Below, in pieces: positions 1 through 12,017 of a DNA stretch of 64,000 bases. The DNA is taken from NCBI RefSeq assembly GCF_009914755.1, contig NC_060928.1. One strand, written 5' to 3'. Below the pieces are notes generated by a model. That model searched no databases. It had not been told where the DNA came from and was given only the letters and a program-made list of their open reading frames with translations. Within the stretch, counting starts at the first letter, position 1, and each line of letters begins with the position of its first letter. This DNA is from the human T2T-CHM13v2.0 reference genome, Homo sapiens. The position numbers and the translations under genes are program-made.

Positions 1-243
1 CCCTTTCATAGAGCAGATTTGAAACACTCTTTCTCTAGTATCTGGAAGTGGGCATTTCAAGCGCTTTCAGGCCTATTGAGAGAAAGGAAATACCTTCAAA
101 TAAAAACTAGACAGAAGCATTCTCAGAAACTTGTTTGTGATGTGTGTATTCAACTAACAGAGTTGAACTTTTGTTTTTACAGAGCCGTTTTAAAACACTC
201 TTTTTGTGGAATCAGAAAGTGGATATTCGGATGGCTCTGAGGA

Positions 244-260
244 TTTCGTTGGAAGCGGGA
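244..260 (+). promoter_or_regulatory. CENP-B box (m1), representative of 8 intact boxes per 19-mer
   Basis: TTTCGTTGGAAGCGGGA matches NTTCGNNNNANNCGGGN. Other intact boxes in the first HOR start at 752 (m4), 1093 (m6), 1774 (m10), 1944 (m11), 2284 (m13), 2622 (m15) and 2964 (m17). Confidence 0.95.
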
Positions 261-921
261 TTACATATAAAATCTAGAGAGAAGCATTCTCAGGAACTTC
301 TTTGTGATGTTTGCATTGAAGTCACAGAATTGAACATTCACTTTGATAGAGCAGGTTTGAAACACTCATTCTGTAGTATCTGGAAGTGGACATTTCAAGC
401 GCTTTCAGGCCTATGGTGAGAAAGGAAATATCTTCGAATAAAAACTAGACAGAAGCATCCTCAGAAACTTATTTGTGATGTGTGTCCTCAACTAACAGAG
501 TTGAAACTTTGTTTTGATACAGCATTTTGGAAACACTCTTTTTGTAGAATCTGCAGGTGGATATTTGGATAGCTTAGAGGGATTCGTTGGAAAGGGGATA
601 TCTTCATATAAAATCTAGACAGAAGCATTCTCAGAAACTTATTTGTGATGTGTGTCCTCAACTAACAGAGTTGAACCTTGGTTTTGATACAGCATTTTGG
701 AAACACTCCTTTTGTAGAATCTGCAGGTGGATATGTGGATAGCTCTGAAGATTTCGTTGGAAACGGGAATTTCTTCATATAAAATCAAACAGAAGCATTC
801 TCAGAAACTTCTCAGTGATGTTTGCATTCAGCTCATGGAGTTGAACACTTCCTTTCATAGAGCCGGTTTGAAACACTCTTTCTGCACTACCTGGAAGAGG
901 ACATTTCGAGCGCTTTGAGTC

Positions 922-938
922 CTATGGTGAAAAAGGAA
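922..938 (+). promoter_or_regulatory. pJalpha-type (A-box) motif, representative of 8 A-type monomers per HOR
   Basis: CTATGGTGAAAAAGGAA sits at the position homologous to the CENP-B box in m5. Related sequences occur in m2, m7, m9, m12, m14, m16 and m19. Confidence 0.85.
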
Positions 939-3349
939 ATATCTTCTCATAAAAACCAGAAAGAAGCATTCTCAGAAACTTCTTTGTGTTGTGTGTACTC
1001 ATGTAACAGTGTTGAACCATCCTTTTGACAGAGCAGTTTTGAAACACTCTTTTTGTAGAATCTGCAAGTGGATATTTGGATAGCTTTGAGGATTTCGTTG
1101 GAAACGGGATGACATATAATATCTAGAGAGAAGCATTCTCAGGAACTTCTTTGTGCTGTTTGCATTCAAGTCACAGAATTGAACATTCCCTTTCATAGAG
1201 CAGATTTGAAACACTCTTTCTCTAGTATCTGGAAGTGGGCATTTCAAGCGCTTTCAGGCCTATGGAGAGAAAGGAAATACCTTCAAATAAAAACTAGACA
1301 GAAGCATTCTCAGAAACTTATTTGTGATGTGTGTCCTCAACTAACAGAGTTGAACCTTTGTTTTGATACAGCATTTTGGAAACACTCCTTTCGTAGAATC
1401 TGCAGGTGGATATTTGGATAGCTTTGAAGATTTCGTTGGAAACCGGAATATCTTCATATAAAATCAAGACAGAAGCATTCTCGGAAACATCTCTGTGATG
1501 TTTGCATTCAACTCAGTAGAGTTGAACACTTCCTTTCATTGAGCAGGTTTGAAACACTCTTTCTGCACTACCTGGAAGCGGACATTTCGAGCGCTTTGAG
1601 GCCTATGGTGAAAAAGGAAATATCTTCTCATAAAAACCAGAAAGAAGCATTCTCAGAAACTTCTTTGTGTTGTGTGTACTCAAGTAACAGTGTTGAACCT
1701 TCCTTTTGACACAGCAGTTTTGAAACACTCTTTTGGTAGAATCTGCAAGTGGATATTTGGATAGCTTTGAGGATTTCGTTGGAAACGGGTTATCTTCATA
1801 TAAAATCCAGACAGGAGCATTCTCAGAAACTTCTTTGTGCTGCATGTCCTCAATTCACAGAGCTGAACCTTTGTTTGGATACAGCATTTTGGAAACATTC
1901 CTTTAGTAGAATCTGCAAGTTGATATTTAGATAGCTTTGAAGATTTCGTTGGAAACGGGAATATCTTCATAGAAAATCTAGACGGAAGCATTCTCAGAAA
2001 CTGCTTTGTGATGTTTGCATTCAAGTCACAGAGTTGAATATTCCCTTTTATAGAGTAGGTTTGAAACACTCTTTCGGCACTACCTGGAAGTGGATATTTC
2101 GAGCTCTTTGAGGCCTATGGTTAAAAGGAAATATCTTCCCATAAAAACTAGACAGAAGCCGTCTCAGAAACTTGTTTGTGATGTGTGTATTCAACTAACA
2201 GAGTTGAACATTTCTGTTACAGAGCAATTTTAAAACACTCTTTTTGTGGAATCTGAAAGTGGATAATTGGATAGCTTTGTGGATTTCGTTGGAAACGGGA
2301 TGACGTATAAAATCTAGAGAGAAGCATTCTCAGGAACTTCTTTGTGATGTTTGCATTCAAGTCACAGAATTGAACATTCCTTTTCATAGTGCAGGTTTGA
2401 AACACTCTTTCTGTAGTATCTGGAAGTGGACATTTCAAGCGCTTTCAGGCCTACGGGGAGAAAGGAAATATCTTCAAATAAAAACTAGACAGAAGGATTC
2501 TCAGAAACTTATTTGTGATGTGTGTCCTAAACGAACACAGTTGAACCTTTGTTTAGATACAGCATTTTGGAAACACTCCTTTTGTAGGATCTGCAGGTGG
2601 ATATTTGGATAGATTTTAAGATTTCGTTGGAAACGGGAGTTTCTTCATAGAAACTCAAGACAGATGCATTCTCAGAAACATCTCTGTGATGTTTGCATTC
2701 CACTCATAGAGTTGAAAACTTCCTTTCATAGAGCAGGTTTGAAACACTCTTTTTGTAATATTTGGAAGTGGACATTTGCAGCGCTTTGAGGCCTATGGTG
2801 AAAAAGGAAATATCTTCTCATAAAAACCAGAAACAAGCATTCTCAGAAACTTCTTTTTGATGTGTGTACTCAAGTAACAGAGTTGAACCTTCCTTTTGAC
2901 ACAGCAGTTTTGAAACAATCTTTTTGTAGAATCTGCAAGTGGATATTTGGATAGCTTTGAGGATTTCGTTGGAAACGGGATATCTTCATATAAAATCTAG
3001 ACAGAAGCATTCTCAGAAACTTCTTTGTGCTGTATGTCCTCAATTAACAGAGTTGAACCATTGCTTGGATACAGCATTTTGGAAACATTCCTTTAGTAGA
3101 ATCTGCAAGTTGATATTTAGATAGACTTGAAGATTTCGTTGGAATAGGGAATATCTCCATATAAAATCTAGACGGAAGCATTCTCAGAAACTGCTTTGTG
3201 ATGTTTCCATTCAAGTCACAGAGTTGAATATTCCCTTTTATAGAGCACGTTTGAAACACTCTTTCTGCACTATCTGGAAGTGGACATTTCGAGCGCTTTG
3301 AGGCCTATGGTGAAAAAGGAAATATCTTCCCATAAAAATTAGACAGAAG

Positions 3350-4366
3350 CATTCTCAGAAACTTGTTTGTGATGTGTGTATTCAACTAACAGAGTTGAAC
3401 TTTTGTTTTTACAGAGCCGTTTTAAAACACTCTTTTTGTGGAATCAGAAAGTGGATATTCGGATGGCTCTGAGGATTTCGTTGGAAGCGGGATTACATAT
3501 AAAATCTAGAGAGAAGCATTCTCAGGAACTTCTTTGTGATGTTTGCATTGAAGTCACAGAATTGAACATTCACTTTGATAGAGCAGGTTTGAAACACTCA
3601 TTCTGTAGTATCTGGAAGTGGACATTTCAAGCGCTTTCAGGCCTATGGTGAAAAAGGAAATATCTTCGAATAAAAACTAGACAGAAGCATCCTCAAAAAC
3701 TTATTTGTGATGTGTGTCCTCAACTAACAGAGTTGAAACTTTGTTTTGATACAGCATTTTGGAAACACTCCTTTTGTAGAATCTGCAGGTGGATATGTGG
3801 ATAGCTCTGAAGATTTCGTTGGAAACGGGAATTTCTTCATATAAAATCAAACAGAAGCATTCTCAGAAACTTCTCAGTGATGTTTGCATTCAGCTCATGG
3901 AGTTGAACACTTCCTTTCATAGAGCCGGTTTGAAACACTCTTTCTGCACTACCTGGAAGAGGCCATTTCGAGCGCTTTGAGTCCTATGGTGAAAAAGGAA
4001 ATATCTTCTCATAAAAACCAGAAAGAAGCATTCTCAGAAACTTCTTTGTGTTGTGTGTACTCATGTAACAGTGTTGAACCATCCTTTTGACAGAGCAGTT
4101 TTGAAACACTCTTTTTGTAGAATCTGCAAGTGGATATTTGGATAGCTTTGAGGATTTCGTTGGAAACGGGATGACATATAATATCTAGAGAGAAGCATTC
4201 TCAGGAACTTCTTTGTGCTGTTTGCATTCAAGTCACAGAATTGAACATTCCCTTTCATAGAGCAGATTTGAAACACTCTTTCTCTAGTATCTGGAAGTGG
4301 GCATTTCAAGCGCTTTCAGGCCTATTGAGAGAAAGGAAATACCTTCAAATAAAAACTAGACAGAAG
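3350..4366 (+). repeat. 6-mer HOR variant (1017 bp): m1, m2, m3/4 fusion, m5, m6, m7
   Basis: Marker spacing 3376 to 4393 is 1017 bp. One fused m3/m4 monomer is present, and m7 is followed directly by m1. Confidence 0.92.
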
Positions 4367-7300
4367 CATTCTCAGAAACTTGTTTGTGATGTGTGTATTC
4401 AACTAACAGAGTTGAACTTTTGTTTTTACAGAGCCGTTTTAAAACACTCTTTTTGTGGAATCAGAAAGTGGATATTCGGATGGCTCTGAGGATTTCGTTG
4501 GAAGCGGGATTACATATAAAATCTAGAGAGAAGCATTCTCAGGAACTTCTTTGTGATGTTTGCATTGAAGTCACAGAATTGAACATTCACTTTGATAGAG
4601 CAGGTTTGAAACACTCATTCTGTAGTATCTGGAAGTGGACATTTCAAGCGCTTTCAGGCCTATGGTGAGAAAGGAAATATCTTCGAATAAAAACTAGACA
4701 GAAGCATCCTCAGAAACTTATTTGTGATGTGTGTCCTCAACTAACAGAGTTGAAACTTTGTTTTGATACAGCATTTTGGAAACACTCTTTTTGTAGAATC
4801 TGCAGGTGGATATTTGGATAGCTTAGAGGGATTCGTTGGAAAGGGGATATCTTCATATAAAATCTAGACAGAAGCATTCTCAGAAACTTATTTGTGATGT
4901 GTGTCCTCAACTAACAGAGTTGAACCTTGGTTTTGATACAGCATTTTGTAAACACTCCTTTTGTAGAATCTGCAGGTGGATATGTGGATAGCTCTGAAGA
5001 TTTCGTTGGAAACGGGAATTTCTTCATATAAAATCAAACAGAAGCATTCTCAGAAACTTCTCAGTGATGTTTGCATTCAGCTCATGGAGTTGAACACTTC
5101 CTTTCATAGAGCCGGTTTGAAACACTCTTTCTGCACTACCTGGAAGAGGACATTTCGAGCGCTTTGAGTCCTATGGTGAAAAAGGAAATATCTTCTCATA
5201 AAAACCAGAAAGAAGCATTCTCAGAAACTTCTTTGTGTTGTGTGTACTCATGTAACAGTGTTGAACCATCCTTTTGACAGAGCAGTTTTGAAACACTCTT
5301 TTTGTAGAATCTGCAAGTGGATATTTGGATAGCTTTGAGGATTTCGTTGGAAACGGGATGACATATAATATCTAGAGAGAAGCATACTCAGGAACTTCTT
5401 TGTGATGTTTGCATTCAAGTCACAGAATTGAACATTCCCTTTCATAGAGCAGGTTTGAAACACTCTTTCTCTAGTATCTGGAAGTGGGCATTTCAAGCGC
5501 TTTCAGGCCTATGGAGAGAAAGGAAATACCTTCAAATAAAAACTAGACAGAAGCATTCTCAGAAACTTATTTGTGATGTGTGTCCTCAACTAACAGAGTT
5601 GAACCTTTGTTTTGATACAGCATTTTGGAAACACTCCTTTTGTAGAATCTGCAGGTGGATATTTGGATAACTTTGAAGATTTCGTTGGAAACCGGAATAT
5701 CTTCATATAAAATCAAGACAGAAGCATTCTCGGAAACATCTCTGTGATGTTTGCATTCAACTCAGTAGAGTTGAACACTTCCTTTCATAGAGCAGGTTTG
5801 AAACACTCTTTCTGCACTACCTGGAAGCGGACATTTCGAGCGCTTTGAGGCCTATGGTGAAAAAGGAAATATCTTCTCATAAAAACCAGAAAGAAGCATT
5901 CTCAGAAACTTCTTTGTGTTGTGTGTACTCAAGTAACAGTGTTGAACCTTCCTTTTGACACAGCAGTTTTGAAACACTCTTTTGGTAGAATCTGCAAGTG
6001 GATATTTGGATAGCTTTGAGGATTTCGTTGGAAACGGGTTATCTTCATATAAAATCCAGACAGGAGCATTCTCAGAAACTTCTTTGTGCTGCATGTCCTC
6101 AATTCACAGAGCTGAACCTTTGTTTGGATACAGCATTTTGGAAACATTCCTTTAGTAGAATCTGCAAGTTGATATTTAGATAGCTTTGAAGATTTCGTTG
6201 GAAACGGGAATATCTTCATAGAAAATCTAGACGGAAGCATTCTCAGAAACTGCTTTGTGATGTTTGCATTCAAGTCACAGAGTTGAATATTCCCTTTTAT
6301 AGAGTAGGTTTGAAACACTCTTTCGGCACTACCTGGAAGTGGATATTTCGAGCTCTTTGAGGCCTATGGTTAAAAGGAAATATCTTCCCATAAAAACTAG
6401 ACAGAAGCCGTCTCAGAAACTTGTTTGTGATGTGTGTATTCAACTACCAGAGTTGAACATTTCTGTTACAGAGCAATTTTAAAACACTCTTTTTGTGGAA
6501 TCTGAAAGTGGATAATTGGATAGCTTTGTGGATTTCGTTGGAAACGGGATGACGTATAAAATCTAGAGAGAAGCATTCTCAGGAACTTCTTTCTGATGTT
6601 TGCATTCAAGTCACAGAATTGAACATTCCTTTTCATAGTGCAGGTTTGAAACACTCTTTCTGTAGTATCTGGAAGTGGACATTTCAAGCGCTTTCAGGCC
6701 TACGGGGAGAAAGGAAATATCTTCAAATAAAAACTAGACAGAAGGATTCTCAGAAACTTATTTGTGATGTGTGTCCTAAACGAACACAGTTGAACCTTTG
6801 TTTTGATACAGCATTTTGGAAACACTCCTTTTGTAGGATCTGCAGGTGGATATTTGGATAGATTTTAAGATTTCGTTGGAAACGGGAGTTTCTTCATAGA
6901 AACTCAAGACAGATGCATTCTCAGAAACATCTCTGTGATGTTTGCATTCCACTCATAGATTTGAAAACTTCCTTTCATAGAGCAGGTTTGAAACACTCTT
7001 TTTGTAATATTTGGAAGTGGACATTTGCAGCGCTTTGAGGCCTATGGTGAAAAAGGAAATATCTTCTCATAAAAACCAGAAACAAGCATTCTCAGAAACT
7101 TCTTTTTGATGTGTGTACTCAAGTAACAGAGTTGAACCTTCCTTTTGACACAGCAGTTTTGAAACAATCTTTTTGTAGAATCTGCAAGTGGATATTTGGA
7201 TAGCTTTGAGGATTTCGTTGGAAACGGGATATCTTCATATAAAATCTAGACAGAAGCATTCTCAGAAACTTCTTTGTGCTGTATGTCCTCAATTAACAGA

Positions 7301-7598
7301 GTTGAACCATTGCTTGGATACAGCATTTTGGAAACATTCCTTGAGTAGAATCTGCAAGTTGATATTTAGATAGATTTGAAGATTTCGTTGGAAAAGGGAA
7401 TATCTCCATATAAAATCTAGAGGGAAGCATTCTCAGAAACTGCTTTGTGATGTTTCCATTCAAGTCACAGAGTTGAATATTCCCTTTTATAGAGCACGTT
7501 TGAAACACTCTTTCTGCACTATCTGGAAGTGGACATTTCGAGCGCTTTGAGGCCTATGGTGAAAAAGGAAATATCTTCCCATAAAAACTAGACAGAAG
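4367..7598 (+). repeat. Canonical 19-mer HOR
   Basis: Marker spacing 4393 to 7625 is 3232 bp. Confidence 0.95.
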
Positions 7599-8785
7599 CA
7601 TTCTCAGAAACTTGTTTGTGATGTGTGTATTCAACTAACAGAGTTGAACTTTTGTTTTTACAGAGCCGTTTTAAAACACTCTTTTTGTGGAATCAGAAAG
7701 TGGATATTCGGATGGCTCTGAGGATTTCGTTGGAAGCGGGATTACATATAAAATCTAGAGAGAAGCATTCTCAGGAACTTCTTTGTGATGTTTGCATTGA
7801 AGTCACAGAATTGAACATTCACTTTGATAGAGCAGGTTTGAAACACTCATTCTGTAGTATCTGGAAGTGGACATTTCAAGCGCTTTCAGGCCTATGGTGA
7901 GAAAGGAAATATCTTCGAATAAAAACTAGACAGAAGCATCCTCAGAAACTTATTTGTGATGTGTGTCCTCAACTAACAGAGTTGAAACTTTGTTTTGATA
8001 CAGCATTTTGGAAACAGTCTTTTTGTAGAATCTGCAGGTGGATATTTGGATAGCTTAGAGGGATTCGTTGGAAAGGGGATATCTTCATATAAAATCTAGA
8101 CAGAAGCATTCTCAGAAACTTATTTGTGATGTGTGTCCTCAACTAACAGAGTTGAACCTTGGTTTTGATACAGCATTTTGGAAACACTCCTTTTGTAGAA
8201 TCTGCAGGTGGATATGTGGATAGCTCTGAAGATTTCGTTGGAAACGGGAATTTCTTCATATAAAATCAAACAGAAGCATTCTCAGAAACTTCTCAGTGAT
8301 GTTTGCATTCAGCTCATGGAGTTGAACACTTCCTTTCATAGAGCCGGTTTGAAACACTCTTTCTGCACTACCTGGAAGAGGCCATTTCGAGCGCTTTGAG
8401 TCCTATGGTGAAAAAGGAAATATCTTCTCATAAAAACCAGAAAGAAGCATTCTCAGAAACTTCTTTGTGTTGTGTGTACTCATGTAACAGTGTTGAACCA
8501 TCCTTTTGACAGAGCAGTTTTGAAACACTCTTTTTGTAGAATCTGCAAGTGGATATTTGGATAGCTTTGAGGATTTCGTTGGAAACGGGATGACATATAA
8601 TATCTAGAGAGAAGCATTCTCAGGAACTTCTTTGTGCTGTTTGCATTCAAGTCACAGAATTGAACATTCCCTTTCATAGAGCAGATTTGAAACACTCTTT
8701 CTCTAGTATCTGGAAGTGGGCATTTCAAGCGCTTTCAGGCCTATTGAGAGAAAGGAAATACCTTCAAATAAAAACTAGACAGAAG
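7599..8785 (+). repeat. 7-mer HOR variant (1187 bp): m1-m7
   Basis: Marker spacing 7625 to 8812 is 1187 bp, the sum of m1-m7. The m7 end TACCTTCAAAT joins the m1 start AAACTTGTTTG. Confidence 0.92.
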
Positions 8786-11700
8786 CATTCTCAGAAACTT
8801 GTTTGTGATGTGTGTATTCAACTAACAGAGTTGAACTTTTGTTTTTACAGAGCCGTTTTAAAACACTCTTTTTGTGGAATCAGAAAGTGGATATTCGGAT
8901 GGCTCTGAGGATTTCGTTGGAAGCGGGATTACATATAAAATCTAGAGAGAAGCATTCTCAGGAACTTCTTTGTGATGTTTGCATTGAAGTCACAGAATTG
9001 AACATTCACTTTGATAGAGCAGGTTTGAAACACTCATTCTGTAGTATCTGGAAGTGGACATTTCAAGCGCTTTCAGGCCTATGGTGAGAAAGGAAATATC
9101 TTCGAATAAAAACTAGACAGAAGCATCCTCAGAAACTTATTTGTGATGTGTGTCCTCAACTAACAGAGTTGAAACTTTGTTTTGATACAGCATTTTGGAA
9201 ACACTCTTTTTGTAGAATCTGCAGGTGGATATTTGGATAGCTTAGAGGGATTCGTTGGAAAGGGGATATCTTCATATAAAATCTAGACAGAAGCATTCTC
9301 AGAAACTTATTTGTGATGTGTGTCCTCAACTAACAGAGTTGAACCTTGGTTTTGATACAGCATTTTGGAAACACTCCTTTTGTAGAATCTGCAGGTGGAT
9401 ATGTGGATAGCTCTGAAGATTTCGTTGGAAACGGGAATTTCTTCATATAAAATCAAACAGAAGCATTCTCAGAAACTTCTCAGTGATGTTTGCATTCAGC
9501 TCATGGAGTTGAACACTTCCTTTCATAGAGCCGGTTTGAAACACTCTTTCTGCACTACCTGGAAGAGGACATTTCGAGCGCTTTGAGTCCTATGGTGAAA
9601 AAGGAAATATCTTCTCATAAAAACCAGAAAGAAGCATTCTCAGAAACTTCTTTGTGTTGTGTGTACTCATGTAACAGTGTTGAACCATCCTTTTGACAGA
9701 GCAGTTTTGAAACACTCTTTTTGTAGAATCTGCAAGTGGATATTTGGATAGCTTTGAGGATTTCGTTGGAAACGGGATGACATATAATATCTAGAGAGAA
9801 GCATACTCAGGAACTTCTTTGTGATGTTTGCATTCAAGTCACAGAATTGAACATTCCCTTTCATAGAGCAGGTTTGAAACACTCTTTCTCTAGTATCTGG
9901 AAGTGGGCATTTCAAGCGCTTTCAGGCCTATGGAGAGAAAGGAAATACCTTCAAATAAAAACTAGACAGAAGCATTCTCAGAAACTTATTTGTGATGTGT
10001 GTCCTCAACTAACAGAGTTGAACCTTTGTTTTGATACAGCATTTTGGAAACACTCCTTTTGTAGAATCTGCAGGTGGATATTTGGATAACTTTGAAGATT
10101 TCGTTGGAAACCGGAATATCTTCATATAAAATCAAGACAGAAGCATTCTCGGAAACATCTCTGTGATGTTTGCATTCAACTCAGTAGAGTTGAACACTTC
10201 CTTTCATAGAGCAGGTTTGAAACACTCTTTCTGCACTACCTGGAAGCGGACATTTCGAGCGCTTTGAGGCCTATGGTGAAAAAGGAAATATCTTCTCATA
10301 AAAACCAGAAAGAAGCATTCTCAGAAACTTCTTTGTGTTGTGTGTACTCAAGGAACAGTGTTGAACCTTCCTTTTGTCACAGCAGTTTTGAAACACTCTT
10401 TTGGTAGAATCTGCAAGTGGATATTTGGATAGCTTTGAGGATTTCGTTGGAAACGGGTTATCTTCATATAAAATCCAGACAGGAGCATTCTCAGAAACTT
10501 CTTTGTGCTGCATGTCCTCAATTCACAGAGCTGAACCTTTGTTTGGATACAGCATTTTGGAAACATTCCTTTAGTAGAATCTGCAAGTTGATATTTAGAT
10601 AGCTTTGAAGATTTCGTTGGAAACGGGAATATCTTCATAGAAAATCTAGACGGAAGCATTCTCAGAAACTGCTTTGTGATGTTTGCATTCAAGTCACAGA
10701 GTTGAATATTCCCTTTTATAGAGTAGGTTTGAAACACTCTTTCGGCACTACCTGGAAGTGGATATTTCGAGCTCTTTGAGGCCTATGGTTAAAAGGAAAT
10801 ATCTTCCCATAAAAACTAGACAGAAGCCGTCTCAGAAACTTGTTTGTGATGTGTGTATTCAACTAACAGAGTTGAACATTTCTGTTACAGAGCAATTTTA
10901 AAACACTCCTTTTGTGGAATCTGAAAGTGGATAATTGGATAGCTTCGTGGATTTCGTTGGAAACGGGATGACGTATAAAATCTAGAGAGAAGCATTCTCA
11001 GGAACTTCTTTGTGATGTTTGCATTCTAGTCACAGAATTGAACATTCCTTTTCATAGTGCAGGTTTGAAACACTCTTTCTGTAGTATCTGGAAGTGGACA
11101 TTTCAAGCGCTTTCAGGCCTACGGGGAGAAAGGAAATATCTTCAAATAAAAACTAGACAGAAGGATTCTCAGAAACTTATTTGTGATGTGTGTCCTAAAC
11201 GAACACAGTTGAACCTTTGTTTAGATACAGCATTTTGGAAACACTCCTTTTGTAGGATCTGCAGGTGGATATTTGGATAGATTTTAAGATTTCGTTGGAA
11301 ACGGGAGTTTCTTCATAGAAACTCAAGACAGATGCATTCTCAGAAACATCTCTGTGATGTTTGCATTCCACTCATAGAGTTGAAAACTTCCTTTCATAGA
11401 GCAGGTTTGAAACACTCTTTTTGTAATATTTGGAAGTGGACATTTGCAGCGCTTTGAGGCCTATGGTGAAAAAGGAAATATCTTCTCATAAAAACCAGAA
11501 ACAAGCATTCTCAGAAACTTCTTTTTGATGTGTGTACTCAAGTAACAGAGTTGAACCTTCCTTTTGACACAGCAGTTTTGAAACAATCTTTTTGTAGAAT
11601 CTGCAAGTGGATATTTGGATAGCTTTGAGGATTTCGTTGGAAACGGGATATCTTCATATAAAATCTAGACAGAAGCATTCTCAGAAACTTCTTTGTGCTG

Positions 11701-12017
11701 TATGTCCTCAATTAACAGAGTTGAACCATTGCTTGGATACAGCATTTTGGAAACATTCCTTTAGTAGAATCTGCAAGTTGATATTTAGATAGATTTGAAG
11801 ATTTCGTTGGAAAAGGGAATATCTCCATATAAAATCTAGACGGAAGCATTCTCAGAAACTGCTTTGTGATGTTTCCATTCAAGTCACAGAGTTGAATATT
11901 CCCTTTTATAGAGCACGTTTGAAACACTCTTTCTGCACTATCTGGAAGTGGACATTTCGAGCGCTTTGAGGCCTATGGTGAAAAAGGAAATATCTTCCCA
12001 TAAAAATTAGACAGAAG
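8786..12017 (+). repeat. Canonical 19-mer HOR
   Basis: 3232 bp between m1 starts. Confidence 0.95.

Larger units (their letters stand above)
118..3349 (+). repeat. Canonical 19-mer HOR (reference copy, m1-m19)
   Basis: Monomer starts: 118, 285, 456, 626, 796, 967, 1134, 1305, 1476, 1648, 1818, 1989, 2159, 2325, 2496, 2667, 2838, 3008, 3179. Lengths sum to 3232. Type order is B A B B A B A B A B B A B A B A B B A. Confidence 0.95.

Noticed and set aside
1680-2069. Longest ORF (129 aa, minus strand), conserved across copies
   Set aside because: Conservation reflects near-identity of HOR copies rather than coding selection; neighbouring non-ORF sequence is equally conserved.
2101-2106. Short palindromes (GAGCTC, AGGCCT, AGCGCT, TCTAGA) as possible hairpins or terminators
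   Set aside because: These are ordinary 6-bp sites of the alpha-satellite consensus with no extended inverted repeat; they are useful only as restriction markers.
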